This document shows, piece by piece, positions 1-9,494 of a DNA stretch of 64,000 nucleotides. Where the stretch lies: sequence record PZ229304.1; one strand, written 5' to 3'. Position numbers and translations under genes: made by a program. Source of the DNA: a phage. Below the pieces are notes generated by a model. That model was given only the letters and a program-made list of their open reading frames with translations, was not told the origin of the DNA and searched no databases. Every line of letters begins with the position of its first letter. Positions within the stretch are counted from its first letter, which is position 1.

Positions 1-2085
1 GTGGCAAGGAAACCTGTCAAACAATCTTTTGAAAATGTAGATATTGAAGTTAAAGCCCAACCTGGCAAACAAACACTAGCTATGGATCTTATGCCTGAAG
101 TAATGATTTATGGTGGTGCGGCAGGTTGTGTTTCAGCAGAAACAGAATACCTAACAAGAGACGGTTGGAAACAAATAAGTGAATATGATGGTGAGGATAT
201 TTATCAATACAATCCAAGAAATAAACGTCTTGAATTAGTTACACCATCTTTTGTAGAATATGATGCTAAAGATAATTTGTATTGTATCACAAACGGAGTA
301 GGTGTCTTCCAAGAATTAAGTATGGAACATCGCTTTGTTTTCTACAAGAAGAAAAAATCCAAAAAACATTTTGAAATTCTTGTTGGGGATCTTATTGCAC
401 TACAGCAAGCAGGACACCCATTACGAGGATATATTGAAAATCCTTTTGGTAAGCGTGTTCCGTTTAACATTCAAGGTAAACCTAGCACATACCTAAAAAT
501 TCATGAGGTAATGACAAGTGATGATAAGAAATATTGCTTTGAAACTCCAAGCAGTTATGTCGTGTTTAGACGTGGCGATCACATCTTCGTTACTGGGAAT
601 AGCGGCAAAAGCCGTCTGCTACTTCTAAAGGCACTTAAATACGCATATAAAGATCCACTGTTTGGTGGTATTCTTTTCCGTAAAAATACAACAGCTTTAC
701 GTAAATCTGGTGGTTTGTTTACTGAAGCTAAAAAACTTTATCTACCATTAAAGCCTCACGTAAGAGAACAGGCTATGGAGATGGAGTTCAGAGCCACAAA
801 AGGTGGTACACTTAAATTTGACCATCTTGAAAATGATAACGTAACTGCTGAAACTAACCATCAAGGTACACAATATTCGATGGTGGGGTTTGACGAACTT
901 ACACATTTTACACAATATGAAATGCTATATCTGTTAGGGCGTATGCGTTCTGAATCAGAAACGTCTTTTATGCTGTGTACTTGTAACCCTGATGCGGATA
1001 GTTGGGTGTTAAAGTGGGTACTTCCTTATTTGGATGAAGCTGGTTATCCACGAGAAGATATGTGTGGCAAACAGCTATACTTTCTTATTGTACAAGATGA
1101 ACCAGTATTTGCTGAAACAGCAGAAGAGTTGAAAGAAAAGTATCCTGAAAACTGTTTTATGCAAAACCCGAACACAGGTGAAACAGTGGTTATTGAACCA
1201 CAAACATTTGTGTTCATTGGTGGTACTATCTTTGATAACCCTGAACTAATAAGACTTAACCCTAAATACTTAGCTTCTTTGAAGGCTCAAACCGCCGTTA
1301 AGAGAGCACAGCTTTTAGATGGTTGTTGGTTTGCTCGTGCACAAGAAGAGAGTTTCTTTAACAGAGAATGGTTACACGTTATCAAGTTTAAAGATTTACC
1401 AAACAATCTTAAATATATGCGAGCGTGGGATAAAGCAGTATCTGTTCCAACAGAATCTTATCGTTATCCTGACTACACAACATCTGTTAAAATGGCTAAA
1501 GACTCTGATGGAAATTATTACATTTTTGGTGATTATGATTATGATGCTCACGATGAAGGTAGTAAAATTTTTGGTAGATTTAGAAGACTACCAGGTGACA
1601 GAGATAATTTAATTCTAAACCAATGTAAGATTGATGGAGATGAAGTTACAGTTGTATTGCCAAAAGATCCTTCTGGTGCTGGTTTGATTGAATATACAGA
1701 ATCAGCTAAAAAACTAATTGCTGAAGGGTTTGTTGTTAAACCAGATGCTATGCCTGGTAACAAGAAAAAATTACAACGCTTTATGCCATTTAGTAGTGCT
1801 TGTCAAAATGGTTTTGTTTATATTGTAGAAGAATCTTTCCCTAACAAAGAAACTCTTGATCATTTCTATAAAGAGATGGAGTCATTTAATGGAGAAAGAT
1901 CTACGGCAACATTAAAAGATGATATTCCAGATGCTGCTGCATCTTGCTTTAATACTTTGTCAAAAGAACAGATGTTTAAAGCAGTAGCAATACCTTCTGC
2001 AACAAATGCATTAACAGGGTACGGTAAGATGGGTGGAAGATCAAGAAACTCTTTATCTTCTCCATATAGTATCAGAGGAAGATAA
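1..2085 (+). CDS. terminase large subunit (ATPase + nuclease), interrupted by an in-frame mini-intein; 5' end may lie at or beyond the window edge
   Basis: 694-aa ORF beginning at position 1 with GTG. Walker A is split as IYGGAAG / SGKS around a 158-aa insert. Walker B-like MVGFDE follows. Gene sits directly upstream of the portal gene. Confidence 0.8.
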   Translation: MARKPVKQSFENVDIEVKAQPGKQTLAMDLMPEVMIYGGAAGCVSAETEYLTRDGWKQISEYDGEDIYQYNPRNKRLELVTPSFVEYDAKDNLYCITNGVGVFQELSMEHRFVFYKKKKSKKHFEILVGDLIALQQAGHPLRGYIENPFGKRVPFNIQGKPSTYLKIHEVMTSDDKKYCFETPSSYVVFRRGDHIFVTGNSGKSRLLLLKALKYAYKDPLFGGILFRKNTTALRKSGGLFTEAKKLYLPLKPHVREQAMEMEFRATKGGTLKFDHLENDNVTAETNHQGTQYSMVGFDELTHFTQYEMLYLLGRMRSESETSFMLCTCNPDADSWVLKWVLPYLDEAGYPREDMCGKQLYFLIVQDEPVFAETAEELKEKYPENCFMQNPNTGETVVIEPQTFVFIGGTIFDNPELIRLNPKYLASLKAQTAVKRAQLLDGCWFARAQEESFFNREWLHVIKFKDLPNNLKYMRAWDKAVSVPTESYRYPDYTTSVKMAKDSDGNYYIFGDYDYDAHDEGSKIFGRFRRLPGDRDNLILNQCKIDGDEVTVVLPKDPSGAGLIEYTESAKKLIAEGFVVKPDAMPGNKKKLQRFMPFSSACQNGFVYIVEESFPNKETLDHFYKEMESFNGERSTATLKDDIPDAAASCFNTLSKEQMFKAVAIPSATNALTGYGKMGGRSRNSLSSPYSIRGR
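127..600 (+). mobile_element. mini-intein (Hint domain, no homing-endonuclease domain) inserted in the terminase P-loop
   Basis: Insert starts CVSAETEYLTRDGW (intein block A, close to the DnaE-intein start CLSYETEILT). Internal SMEHRF resembles block B (TxxH). Insert ends ...DHIFVTGN followed by Ser as +1 residue. Removing codons 43-200 restores a canonical GGAAGSGKS Walker A. Confidence 0.7.
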
Positions 2086-2182
2086 ATCTTGACAAAACTA
2101 TTTAAAATATGTTAAAGTAGCATTATATGTCTACCCCTTCAATGGGGTAGAGTCATTTGTCCAGCATTAGCGGAGGTTCTGA

Positions 2183-3751
2183 GTGTCTACAGGTAAGCGT
2201 AAGTACACTAAAAGATCGGATTACTGGAACAAAGGCTCAACTGAAAAAGCTGCACTGTCTCCAACACAAAGTGCAACTAAAGAGAAGAACTTGGTACTTT
2301 CACCAGAAATAGGTACTATTGGTCTTAATTCGATTAAAGCCTTTACGAACTTCATGCAACCGTATGAAACTCGCTTCCCAGAAAACATCCGAACATACAA
2401 AGAAATGGGTGAAGACCCTGACGTAGCTACTGCTCTTGATGCTACGTACATCTTTGTAGATAGAGCATTCTTTGATTTTAAAATAAAATACAATGTTAGT
2501 TCAGCTAAGTCAAGACGTGCTGCAAAGTTTGTAGACTACACACTTCGCAACATGAATGCACCACTAAGACAGTATGTACGCTCCTTGCTAACATATAAGC
2601 AATTTGGGTTTGCATTTGCAGAGAAGGTGTATGAACTTGATGAAGATCCAAAAAGCCCGTATTTTGGTTATTACCGTCTTGTTAAATTGGCGTTTAGACC
2701 CCAGGATACAATTGATTTGGCACAACCTTTCACTTATTCTGATGACGGTCGCACTATTCTTACGGTAAACCAAAACATTACTAATGGAATGGTAAGCCCT
2801 GGTACTAACGCAAATCTAATAGGAAGAAAAGAAATTCCTATGGAGAAAGTTATTTACGTAGGGAGCAACATTACAGAGAATAATCCATTAGGTGTAAGTC
2901 CACTTCTTGCAGTATATAGAAGTTGGCGTGAAAAATCTCTGATTCAAGAATACGAAGTTGTTGGTGTTTCGAAAGACTTAGGCGGTATGCCAGTGTTGAT
3001 GGTTCCAAGTGATATTCTCAACAGGGCATCACTAAACCCAAGCGGGGATGAAGCACAATCTTTACGTGTTCTACAAGCAAATATCGCTAACTTACACGCA
3101 GGTGAACAATCTTATATGGTGTTACCTTCTGATGTTTACGAAGGTACTGTTATGCGCCAATATGATCTTGTATTCCAAGGTGTTGAGGGTAGTGGTAAGC
3201 AATTCGATACACAGGCTCTAATAAAACAACGTAAATTAGATATCTACAACAGATTTGGTGCAGGTGTTCTGATTATGGGTGATGGAGAAGGTGGTAGTTA
3301 TTCTTTGTCAGATAACAAACAAACTCTTCTTTCACATTTTATTGAGCGTGATGTAGATATTATTACAGAAGCACTAAATACTCAAGTAATTCCCCAACTT
3401 CTACGTTTGAATGGTATTTTCTTATCTCAAGAAGATATGCCTAAATTTGTTAGTGATGATATCGGTGATCCTGATATTGAAGTTAATGCTAAGGCAATCC
3501 AACAAATCGTAGCTGCTGGTGCAATACCATTAACGCCAGAAGTAATTAATGAATTCTTCGAACGTTTAGGTTTCAATTATAGAATACCTGATGATATTGT
3601 TGCTGATCCAGATAAGTTCCAAGAATTCCTTGAGACTTTTATGCCAGATAAGACTTCAAGATCTGGTGATGGTTTAGCGGCTGGTGCTGGTAATGGAACG
3701 TCAACATCTCCTGCTGCATTAGATACATCGGCAGCAAATTTGGCAAATTAA
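2183..3751 (+). CDS. portal protein
   Basis: 522-aa ORF directly after terminase; GTG start with GGAGG 7 nt upstream; size and position typical of portal. Confidence 0.55.
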   Translation: MSTGKRKYTKRSDYWNKGSTEKAALSPTQSATKEKNLVLSPEIGTIGLNSIKAFTNFMQPYETRFPENIRTYKEMGEDPDVATALDATYIFVDRAFFDFKIKYNVSSAKSRRAAKFVDYTLRNMNAPLRQYVRSLLTYKQFGFAFAEKVYELDEDPKSPYFGYYRLVKLAFRPQDTIDLAQPFTYSDDGRTILTVNQNITNGMVSPGTNANLIGRKEIPMEKVIYVGSNITENNPLGVSPLLAVYRSWREKSLIQEYEVVGVSKDLGGMPVLMVPSDILNRASLNPSGDEAQSLRVLQANIANLHAGEQSYMVLPSDVYEGTVMRQYDLVFQGVEGSGKQFDTQALIKQRKLDIYNRFGAGVLIMGDGEGGSYSLSDNKQTLLSHFIERDVDIITEALNTQVIPQLLRLNGIFLSQEDMPKFVSDDIGDPDIEVNAKAIQQIVAAGAIPLTPEVINEFFERLGFNYRIPDDIVADPDKFQEFLETFMPDKTSRSGDGLAAGAGNGTSTSPAALDTSAANLAN

Positions 3752-3835
3752 AAATATTTTTAAAAATTTTTTAATTTAGGTATTGACAAATAAGCAAATA
3801 TCCTGTAGACTAAGATTTATGGGATATTTGTTTTT

Positions 3836-4327
3836 ATGAGGAACCGTATGGAACTTAATAAAGACACGCTTTGGGAACTCTATAAAACGTTCAGTGGAAC
3901 GAAAGAGAAAAAGCAAACCCAACAAAATTCCACTCCAGAAGAAACACCTGCTACTATCGTCAAACAAAATAAATTTGACGAAGAAAAAATGCAAGTGATT
4001 GAAGTGATGTATTGTCCACCAGAACACGATGACCTCCACGGTGAACGTATGTCTGAAATTGAAATCAGAAAGATGGTTGACAACTTCAACGCAAATATTA
4101 CTAACGTAAGTGGTAATCTTGGTCATATCAAAAACACCGATAAATTTAAACCAGTTAAGGCTTGGGTTAATGAAGTCGATTGTTATATTGGTGACGAGTT
4201 TGTTGTTGAAGGAACACCACTCGTTAAAATTCAATTCTATGATCCTGAACTGTATGAAGCAAGAAAGAACGGCGTTCTTAAAGGTTTAAGTATTGGTGCA
4301 GTAGGATGTAAAGTGAAGAAGGATTAA
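3836..4327 (+). CDS. head morphogenesis protein (possibly prohead protease or core protein)
   Basis: 163-aa ORF between portal and scaffold; no diagnostic motif identified. Confidence 0.3.
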   Translation: MRNRMELNKDTLWELYKTFSGTKEKKQTQQNSTPEETPATIVKQNKFDEEKMQVIEVMYCPPEHDDLHGERMSEIEIRKMVDNFNANITNVSGNLGHIKNTDKFKPVKAWVNEVDCYIGDEFVVEGTPLVKIQFYDPELYEARKNGVLKGLSIGAVGCKVKKD

Positions 4328-4329
4328 TT

Positions 4330-5445
4330 GTGGCACATACATATCTAGCTGACGTAGACTTTTCGGGTAAAGCTACGGAAGATTCTTGCGGAGCACACAT
4401 TGCTTACACCTTCGATTTTCAAGGTGGTGCTGCTTCTGGCTTTAATACCCCTCTACTTTTTAAATCTGGCGACAACCCAGACATTAGCTTCACTAAGTTA
4501 GAAGCTCTAGAAAAAATGGGTGAAGACGTTACTGAATTACGTAAATCATATATGAACCAACTTATGGGATCATTATCTGATGCCGTTCGTGAAAAATACG
4601 AGTCTGGTTGGGATTGGGTTTATGTAGTCGATGCCGATTTTGATAATGGCATTGTTATTTTCTGTTCTGACTACGGAATGTTCTCTACTGATTTTACCAT
4701 TAACGGACTTCTTGTTGAAGTTGGTGATGTTGCAAAACCAGTAGTACAAACAACGGACTATGAAGTAGTAGACGGTGATGTTTTAGTTTCCCTGGATTTC
4801 TTTGATAACTTGATTGATGATGCTCTAGGTGATTTAGTTAAGAGCGCAATTAAGTTTGATCACGTAAAAGATTATTTAGTAAAAGCTCACGAAGCTCGTA
4901 CTAATAAAGACTCTGTGATTGCAGAGGATAATCCAGCAGATCTTGAATCTGCAAACACAACCGATATAAATAAAGGAGATACCCCTTTGGAAAATATTAA
5001 CAAAGAAGAATTCCTGAAATCTGCTGAGGTGCAAGACCTTATTAAAGCACAGATTGCAGAAGCGGTAGAAAAAGCTGCTGCTGAAGCTCGTGCAGAGGCA
5101 GAAGCTAAAGCACAGGAAGAAATCAACAAAGCTAAGGCAGAAGCCGAGGAACTTCGTAAAGCAGAAATTGCTCGTATCGAAGAAGACTATACCAATGTAA
5201 TTAAGTCTTATGGCTATGTTGAAGAAGACAAAGTTGAAGCACTTGTTAAATACCTAGTAGATAACAAAGAAATTGCTGAAACTGTTGTTACCGCATTTGA
5301 AAAAGCTCGCGAAGAAGTTGAAACAGTTAAGAAAGAATTTGGCAAAGAAGTAGGTGTTGATGTTGAAAACAAAGAACCTGTTGCTAAATCTGCTTCTGAA
5401 CTGATTCGTCAAAAAGCTGCTGAACTTAAAAAAGCCCAGAAATAA
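4330..5445 (+). CDS. scaffolding protein
   Basis: 371 aa; C-terminal half is Ala/Glu/Lys-rich predicted coiled coil (AEAVEKAAAEARAEAEAKAQEE...); located between portal and major capsid genes. Confidence 0.5.
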   Translation: MAHTYLADVDFSGKATEDSCGAHIAYTFDFQGGAASGFNTPLLFKSGDNPDISFTKLEALEKMGEDVTELRKSYMNQLMGSLSDAVREKYESGWDWVYVVDADFDNGIVIFCSDYGMFSTDFTINGLLVEVGDVAKPVVQTTDYEVVDGDVLVSLDFFDNLIDDALGDLVKSAIKFDHVKDYLVKAHEARTNKDSVIAEDNPADLESANTTDINKGDTPLENINKEEFLKSAEVQDLIKAQIAEAVEKAAAEARAEAEAKAQEEINKAKAEAEELRKAEIARIEEDYTNVIKSYGYVEEDKVEALVKYLVDNKEIAETVVTAFEKAREEVETVKKEFGKEVGVDVENKEPVAKSASELIRQKAAELKKAQK

Positions 5446-5463
5446 TCTAAGGAGATTTAATTA

Positions 5464-5856
5464 ATGGCAACTGGAATTTCTTTATCAAACTACCGCCAGG
5501 AATTTGGACACCTTGTTCTGGGTGGAGTATTTAGTTCTGACCTAGGTCACTGTGTTCGTGAAGTGAACCTGGTTAAAACTGCAACCATGAAAATTGGTTC
5601 TGTACTGAAAGCTGACAACACAGAAGCTACTGCTGCTGGTGAAGCTGTTAAAGTTCTGCTGTGGACTGACGCACTGTTCGGGATCGATGATGTTGCAGTA
5701 GGTGACACTTTCACCGCAGTTGTTGGTGTACGTGACCTGACTCTCAACCGCTATGCAGTTTACTACAAGAGTGGTGATCTGATTGATGACGCTGGCGTTG
5801 CAGCACTGGAAACTCACGATCTGAAACTGACTGAAAAAGTTGTTTTCACTTCTTAA
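5464..5856 (+). CDS. head decoration or minor capsid protein
   Basis: 130-aa ORF immediately upstream of the major capsid gene; shares its distinct high-expression codon usage. Confidence 0.35.
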   Translation: MATGISLSNYRQEFGHLVLGGVFSSDLGHCVREVNLVKTATMKIGSVLKADNTEATAAGEAVKVLLWTDALFGIDDVAVGDTFTAVVGVRDLTLNRYAVYYKSGDLIDDAGVAALETHDLKLTEKVVFTS

Positions 5857-5877
5857 TTTTTAATAGGAGATTTATAC

Positions 5878-6879
5878 ATGCCAGCTATTATCTTAGATCA
5901 GGTTGTTGACTTTAGCCCAATGATTGAGCTACAAGAAACTCCTGATACACTTATCGCAAGTCTGAACCTGTTTGATGTTCAGTATCATGCTACCACTGCT
6001 ATCGAAATTGGCAGACAGAAAAATGCAGATGGTCTGATCCCAGCACGTGAACGTGGTGGTGAGCGTAACTTCCTGACTATGGACGCTCCAAGCGTTAAAG
6101 TCTTCCGTATTCCGTTCTTCCCTCTGGATAAGAACATTAAGGCACAGGATATTCAATCCTTCCGTAGCTTCGCTATGGGTGGCATCAATGATAACCTGCG
6201 TACCGAAGCGGAAGTTGTTAACCGCTATATGACTCAAATCCTGCGTGATGTTGCAAAAACTAAAGAAAAAATCTTTGCAGAAGCAGTAATGGGTCGTGCA
6301 TACAATGGTGTTGGTGGTGCAGCTAACTCTGCATACAACTGGTACACCGAATGGGGTGCTACCCAGAAATCAGTATCTGTAGATTTCGCTTCTACTACTG
6401 TTTCTCCGGCTGCTACCATTGAGCAAGAAGCTCGTGCATACATCATCGATCAGAAACAAGACGGTTCTACCGCTACTCGTATCGTTGCTCTGTGCTCTCG
6501 TGAGTTCTTTGCTTCTCTGGTTAACTCTCCGTTTGTTCGCCAGGCTTATCAATACTTCCAAGGTACTCCGAACCTTCTGCGTGACCGCCTAAGCGGTAAT
6601 ATGGACGTTCAGGTATTCGAATGGAATGGTGTAACCTACATCGAAGATATCCACGGTAACATCCCTGCTGGTGAAGCGTTTGTTCTGCCAATGGGTATCC
6701 CAGATATGTTCCAGGCGCACTATGCTCCAGCGGATACTCCAGAACTGGCTAACACTGTTGCTCGTGATCTGTATACCTTTATGGTATCTGAACACCGCAC
6801 TGTACAGCTACAGTCTGAATTCTCCCTGCTGGCGGTTAACACCCGTCCAGAACTGGTAGTTAAACTGACTACTGCTTAA
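5878..6879 (+). CDS. major capsid protein
   Basis: 333-aa ORF after scaffold; strongly biased codon usage (CTG, CGT, GGT, AAC); followed by a strong intrinsic terminator. Confidence 0.65.
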   Translation: MPAIILDQVVDFSPMIELQETPDTLIASLNLFDVQYHATTAIEIGRQKNADGLIPARERGGERNFLTMDAPSVKVFRIPFFPLDKNIKAQDIQSFRSFAMGGINDNLRTEAEVVNRYMTQILRDVAKTKEKIFAEAVMGRAYNGVGGAANSAYNWYTEWGATQKSVSVDFASTTVSPAATIEQEARAYIIDQKQDGSTATRIVALCSREFFASLVNSPFVRQAYQYFQGTPNLLRDRLSGNMDVQVFEWNGVTYIEDIHGNIPAGEAFVLPMGIPDMFQAHYAPADTPELANTVARDLYTFMVSEHRTVQLQSEFSLLAVNTRPELVVKLTTA

Positions 6880-6900
6880 TCCTTAACGGGATTCTAAAAA

Positions 6901-6927
6901 GCCTGCCCCTTGCGGGTGGGCTTTTTT
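6901..6927 (+). terminator. rho-independent terminator after major capsid gene
   Basis: GCCTGCCC-CTTGC-GGGTGGGC stem-loop followed by TTTTTT. Confidence 0.7.
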
Positions 6928-6946
6928 ATTATGTGTCCCACTAACA

Positions 6947-7315
6947 ATGAGAGGAAACACGATTATGGGTAACGCTGTACTGAAAACATATTTTAGCTAC
7001 CATGAAATGATTATGGATTTTGCTTCACTATCTCCTGCATTAGATGCAGGTAAGACACTTAGTGTTGCTCCACCTATGTCATTCTATACTACAGATGGTA
7101 GAGTAGCCCTTGGCGGTAACTTTATTCACTTCTTAGTTCGTCTACGTGAAGAGACAGGAATTCAGGTTCATCCTTTCGGAAGTGAAGAACATCCTGGATA
7201 CTATCTCGTTAGCTATGAAGATTATGCACCAGTAGAATTAAAAACGCAAGATAAAATTGAAGTTAAAGCAGTAGACACACCAGCAAAGAAACGTGCACAG
7301 CGCACTAAAAAGTAA
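6947..7315 (+). CDS. head-tail connector / neck protein (hypothetical)
   Basis: 122-aa ORF in head-to-tail joining region; position only. Confidence 0.3.
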   Translation: MRGNTIMGNAVLKTYFSYHEMIMDFASLSPALDAGKTLSVAPPMSFYTTDGRVALGGNFIHFLVRLREETGIQVHPFGSEEHPGYYLVSYEDYAPVELKTQDKIEVKAVDTPAKKRAQRTKK

Positions 7316-7327
7316 TGGGAGGTTTAC

Positions 7328-7876
7328 ATGCTTGTAGCTAGTGACCTTGTACCTATGATCCGCATATTGGTATTTAACCCTTCACAAGAAACACTTCCTG
7401 ATGCAATGATTGAACAAATCATTCAAACGTGGATAGATGTGTTAGGGAATGATGATGCCAATAAATGTGCTGTACTGTGGAACAGTCTGATCTCTGTACT
7501 TGAATACTTGTGGAATACAGACGTACTAAATCATAATACACAAACAGGTGGTGCTCTCTCTAGAAAAGAGAAAGTTGGCGAAGTACAGGTTGAAGTAACC
7601 TTTGGTACTGGACAGACAGAATATATTTCACCTTGGGAAAATATCTATAAAGGATATCTTGATGGTGATATGATGATACCTGGTTGTACTTCTGGTAGAG
7701 GTGTAACGAGTAAAGTATTAGTTGGTGGTGTTGATGCTCGTGAAATTGATCGTGTCAACAGTGATCCTAATTCAGTAAATGGTTTAGGTGGTGTTGGTAG
7801 TGTAGATCGACATACGAGAAATACCAAATATGCCAGAAACTATGGCCCCATTGGTTACTACAGAAGGGATAAATAA
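7328..7876 (+). CDS. head completion / neck protein (hypothetical)
   Basis: 182-aa ORF; stop overlaps start of next gene (translational coupling); position only. Confidence 0.3.
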   Translation: MLVASDLVPMIRILVFNPSQETLPDAMIEQIIQTWIDVLGNDDANKCAVLWNSLISVLEYLWNTDVLNHNTQTGGALSRKEKVGEVQVEVTFGTGQTEYISPWENIYKGYLDGDMMIPGCTSGRGVTSKVLVGGVDAREIDRVNSDPNSVNGLGGVGSVDRHTRNTKYARNYGPIGYYRRDK

Positions 7877-8364
7877 TGAAATGTGAGATCACACGTGGCG
7901 ATGATATGTCGTTAGATGAATATTTTAGTAAAATGCTGGCTCTAGATAATATAGAAATAGATGCTGGTTTTCTTACTGCTGTTCGCCATCCAGAATCAGA
8001 TCTCACTATCCCTGCAATTGCTGCCATACAACAGTTTGGTAATGAAACAAACAATACTCCTGCACGTCCGTTTTTAACGGACGGTGCAGTCCACGCCAGT
8101 AAAGAAATACCTAAGCATTTTGATGAAGTGTTTAGAAATTATTTACTTCGTGGAAGGGGTTTAGCTGCCTTTGAACCTATTGCAAAAGTTTCACGAGAAT
8201 CTATTGCTAAAGCGATTGCTCTGCAACGTTATAGACCGTTATCTCCTGTGACTATTAAAATCCGTAGAGATAAAGGTAACTACTCTTCTCATATTCTTAT
8301 TGATACTGGACATTTAATTAACAGTATCGAATCAGAAATCAAGAAGGGTCGTTCTAAAAAATAA
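7876..8364 (+). CDS. neck / tail completion protein (hypothetical)
   Basis: 162-aa ORF; position only. Confidence 0.3.
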   Translation: MKCEITRGDDMSLDEYFSKMLALDNIEIDAGFLTAVRHPESDLTIPAIAAIQQFGNETNNTPARPFLTDGAVHASKEIPKHFDEVFRNYLLRGRGLAAFEPIAKVSRESIAKAIALQRYRPLSPVTIKIRRDKGNYSSHILIDTGHLINSIESEIKKGRSKK

Positions 8365-8365
8365 C

Positions 8366-8394
8366 TTGCAATAAGTCTGTTTTTGATGTATACT
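8366..8394 (+). promoter_or_regulatory. sigma70-like promoter
   Basis: TTGCAA - 17 nt - TATACT, followed by a GGAG Shine-Dalgarno and the ATG at 8409. Confidence 0.4.
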
Positions 8395-8408
8395 AAAAAG
8401 GAGATACA

Positions 8409-8825
8409 ATGCTATTAGACCAATTTACTCTCCTTGATCTAACAACGTATCAGGGTCGTAAAAGAACCTATGTTCAAGATCCTGATTCGCCAATTTCCAA
8501 TATGGGTAATACAGTAGCATACGAAGACTTTACAATAGAGGCTGCAAGTTTGCAACCAATATCAGGTAGAACACTTCAAGCACTGCCAGAAGGATACAGA
8601 TCTAAGGCACAATATAGCTTCTGGACAAAAACAGAAATCAGAGGCATCCAGCAAGGATCAGATCAATTATCTGACCAAATACTAATAGATGGACAATGGT
8701 TTTCCATTTATTCTTTGAAAGACTGGACAAGAACATCTTTCTTAATACACACACATTGTGTTGCTATTCTAGATGACCAGAATAACACCTATTCATATTC
8801 TGAGGAGGGTGGTAATTTTGGCTAA
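8409..8825 (+). CDS. structural protein (hypothetical, neck/tail terminator region)
   Basis: 138-aa ORF with good RBS; position only. Confidence 0.3.
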   Translation: MLLDQFTLLDLTTYQGRKRTYVQDPDSPISNMGNTVAYEDFTIEAASLQPISGRTLQALPEGYRSKAQYSFWTKTEIRGIQQGSDQLSDQILIDGQWFSIYSLKDWTRTSFLIHTHCVAILDDQNNTYSYSEEGGNFG

Positions 8826-9474
8826 TATCTATGAACAAATTGAATTGTATGAAAATACGATATTATTAAATATCGCTAAGTTCTTACAAAGACTAGTGGG
8901 GCTTCCGGTTTATGTTATGGATAAACCATTTGTTAAACCAACAACCCCATATCTGACATTACGTATTGTATCATCTGATGATTCAGGTGGTTGGTCACAA
9001 AAATATTCTTTTAGTGAAGATGCGTTTTCCTATCTAATGGACAATAAGTATGAAATAGAACTTATGGCTTTTAGAGGAAGACCCATGACACTTTTAAGTT
9101 ATGTTCTTGCGGCACTTCGTGGTGCAGATGAATTAAAATACCAGTATCTTTATTCCAAAGGTATTAGCTTCTTATCTGCAACAAATGTTGCACAGGCTAA
9201 CACTATTCTGGATGGAGATAAAACTGAACAAAGAGCGAGAATATTTCTTACATTCAATACTACGATGGTTATTGAGGATTTAGTAACTACCGAAATTGAA
9301 GCAATTAATATGAACATTCATTCGTTCAGAGATGATTACGATGATCCTACTCCAATAGATCTTCCTTTGGATAAGATTTACATTGTTGCTCACAGAAGTA
9401 AAACTTATTACTTTACGACGACTGATGATGGATCATTAATTAAGTATATCCCAACGGATAATTCATTGGAATAA
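8818..9474 (+). CDS. structural protein (hypothetical, tail completion / sheath initiator region)
   Basis: ORF track gives 8773..9474; a TTG at 8818 preceded by GAGGAGGGTGG fits better and overlaps the upstream stop by only 8 nt. Confidence 0.3.
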   Translation: MANIYEQIELYENTILLNIAKFLQRLVGLPVYVMDKPFVKPTTPYLTLRIVSSDDSGGWSQKYSFSEDAFSYLMDNKYEIELMAFRGRPMTLLSYVLAALRGADELKYQYLYSKGISFLSATNVAQANTILDGDKTEQRARIFLTFNTTMVIEDLVTTEIEAINMNIHSFRDDYDDPTPIDLPLDKIYIVAHRSKTYYFTTTDDGSLIKYIPTDNSLE

Positions 9475-9494
9475 AGTTTCTAACAGGAGCATAA

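Noticed and set aside
1319-1763. Short ORFs (1319-1612 plus strand, 1548-1763 minus strand) lying inside the terminase gene
   Set aside because: They are fully embedded in a long, well-supported coding frame and have no RBS or motif; treated as chance alternative-frame ORFs. The same reasoning applies to the many other 60-130-aa ORFs overlapping large genes throughout the track.
2086-2182. Possible promoter (TTGACA at 2089) in the terminase-portal intergenic region
   Set aside because: No acceptable -10 hexamer at the correct spacing; the hairpin in this region is reported separately.
8773-8817. Upstream extension of the 8773-9474 ORF
   Set aside because: The extension overlaps the preceding gene by about 50 nt, whereas a TTG at 8818 with a strong GAGGAGG RBS gives a compact arrangement.
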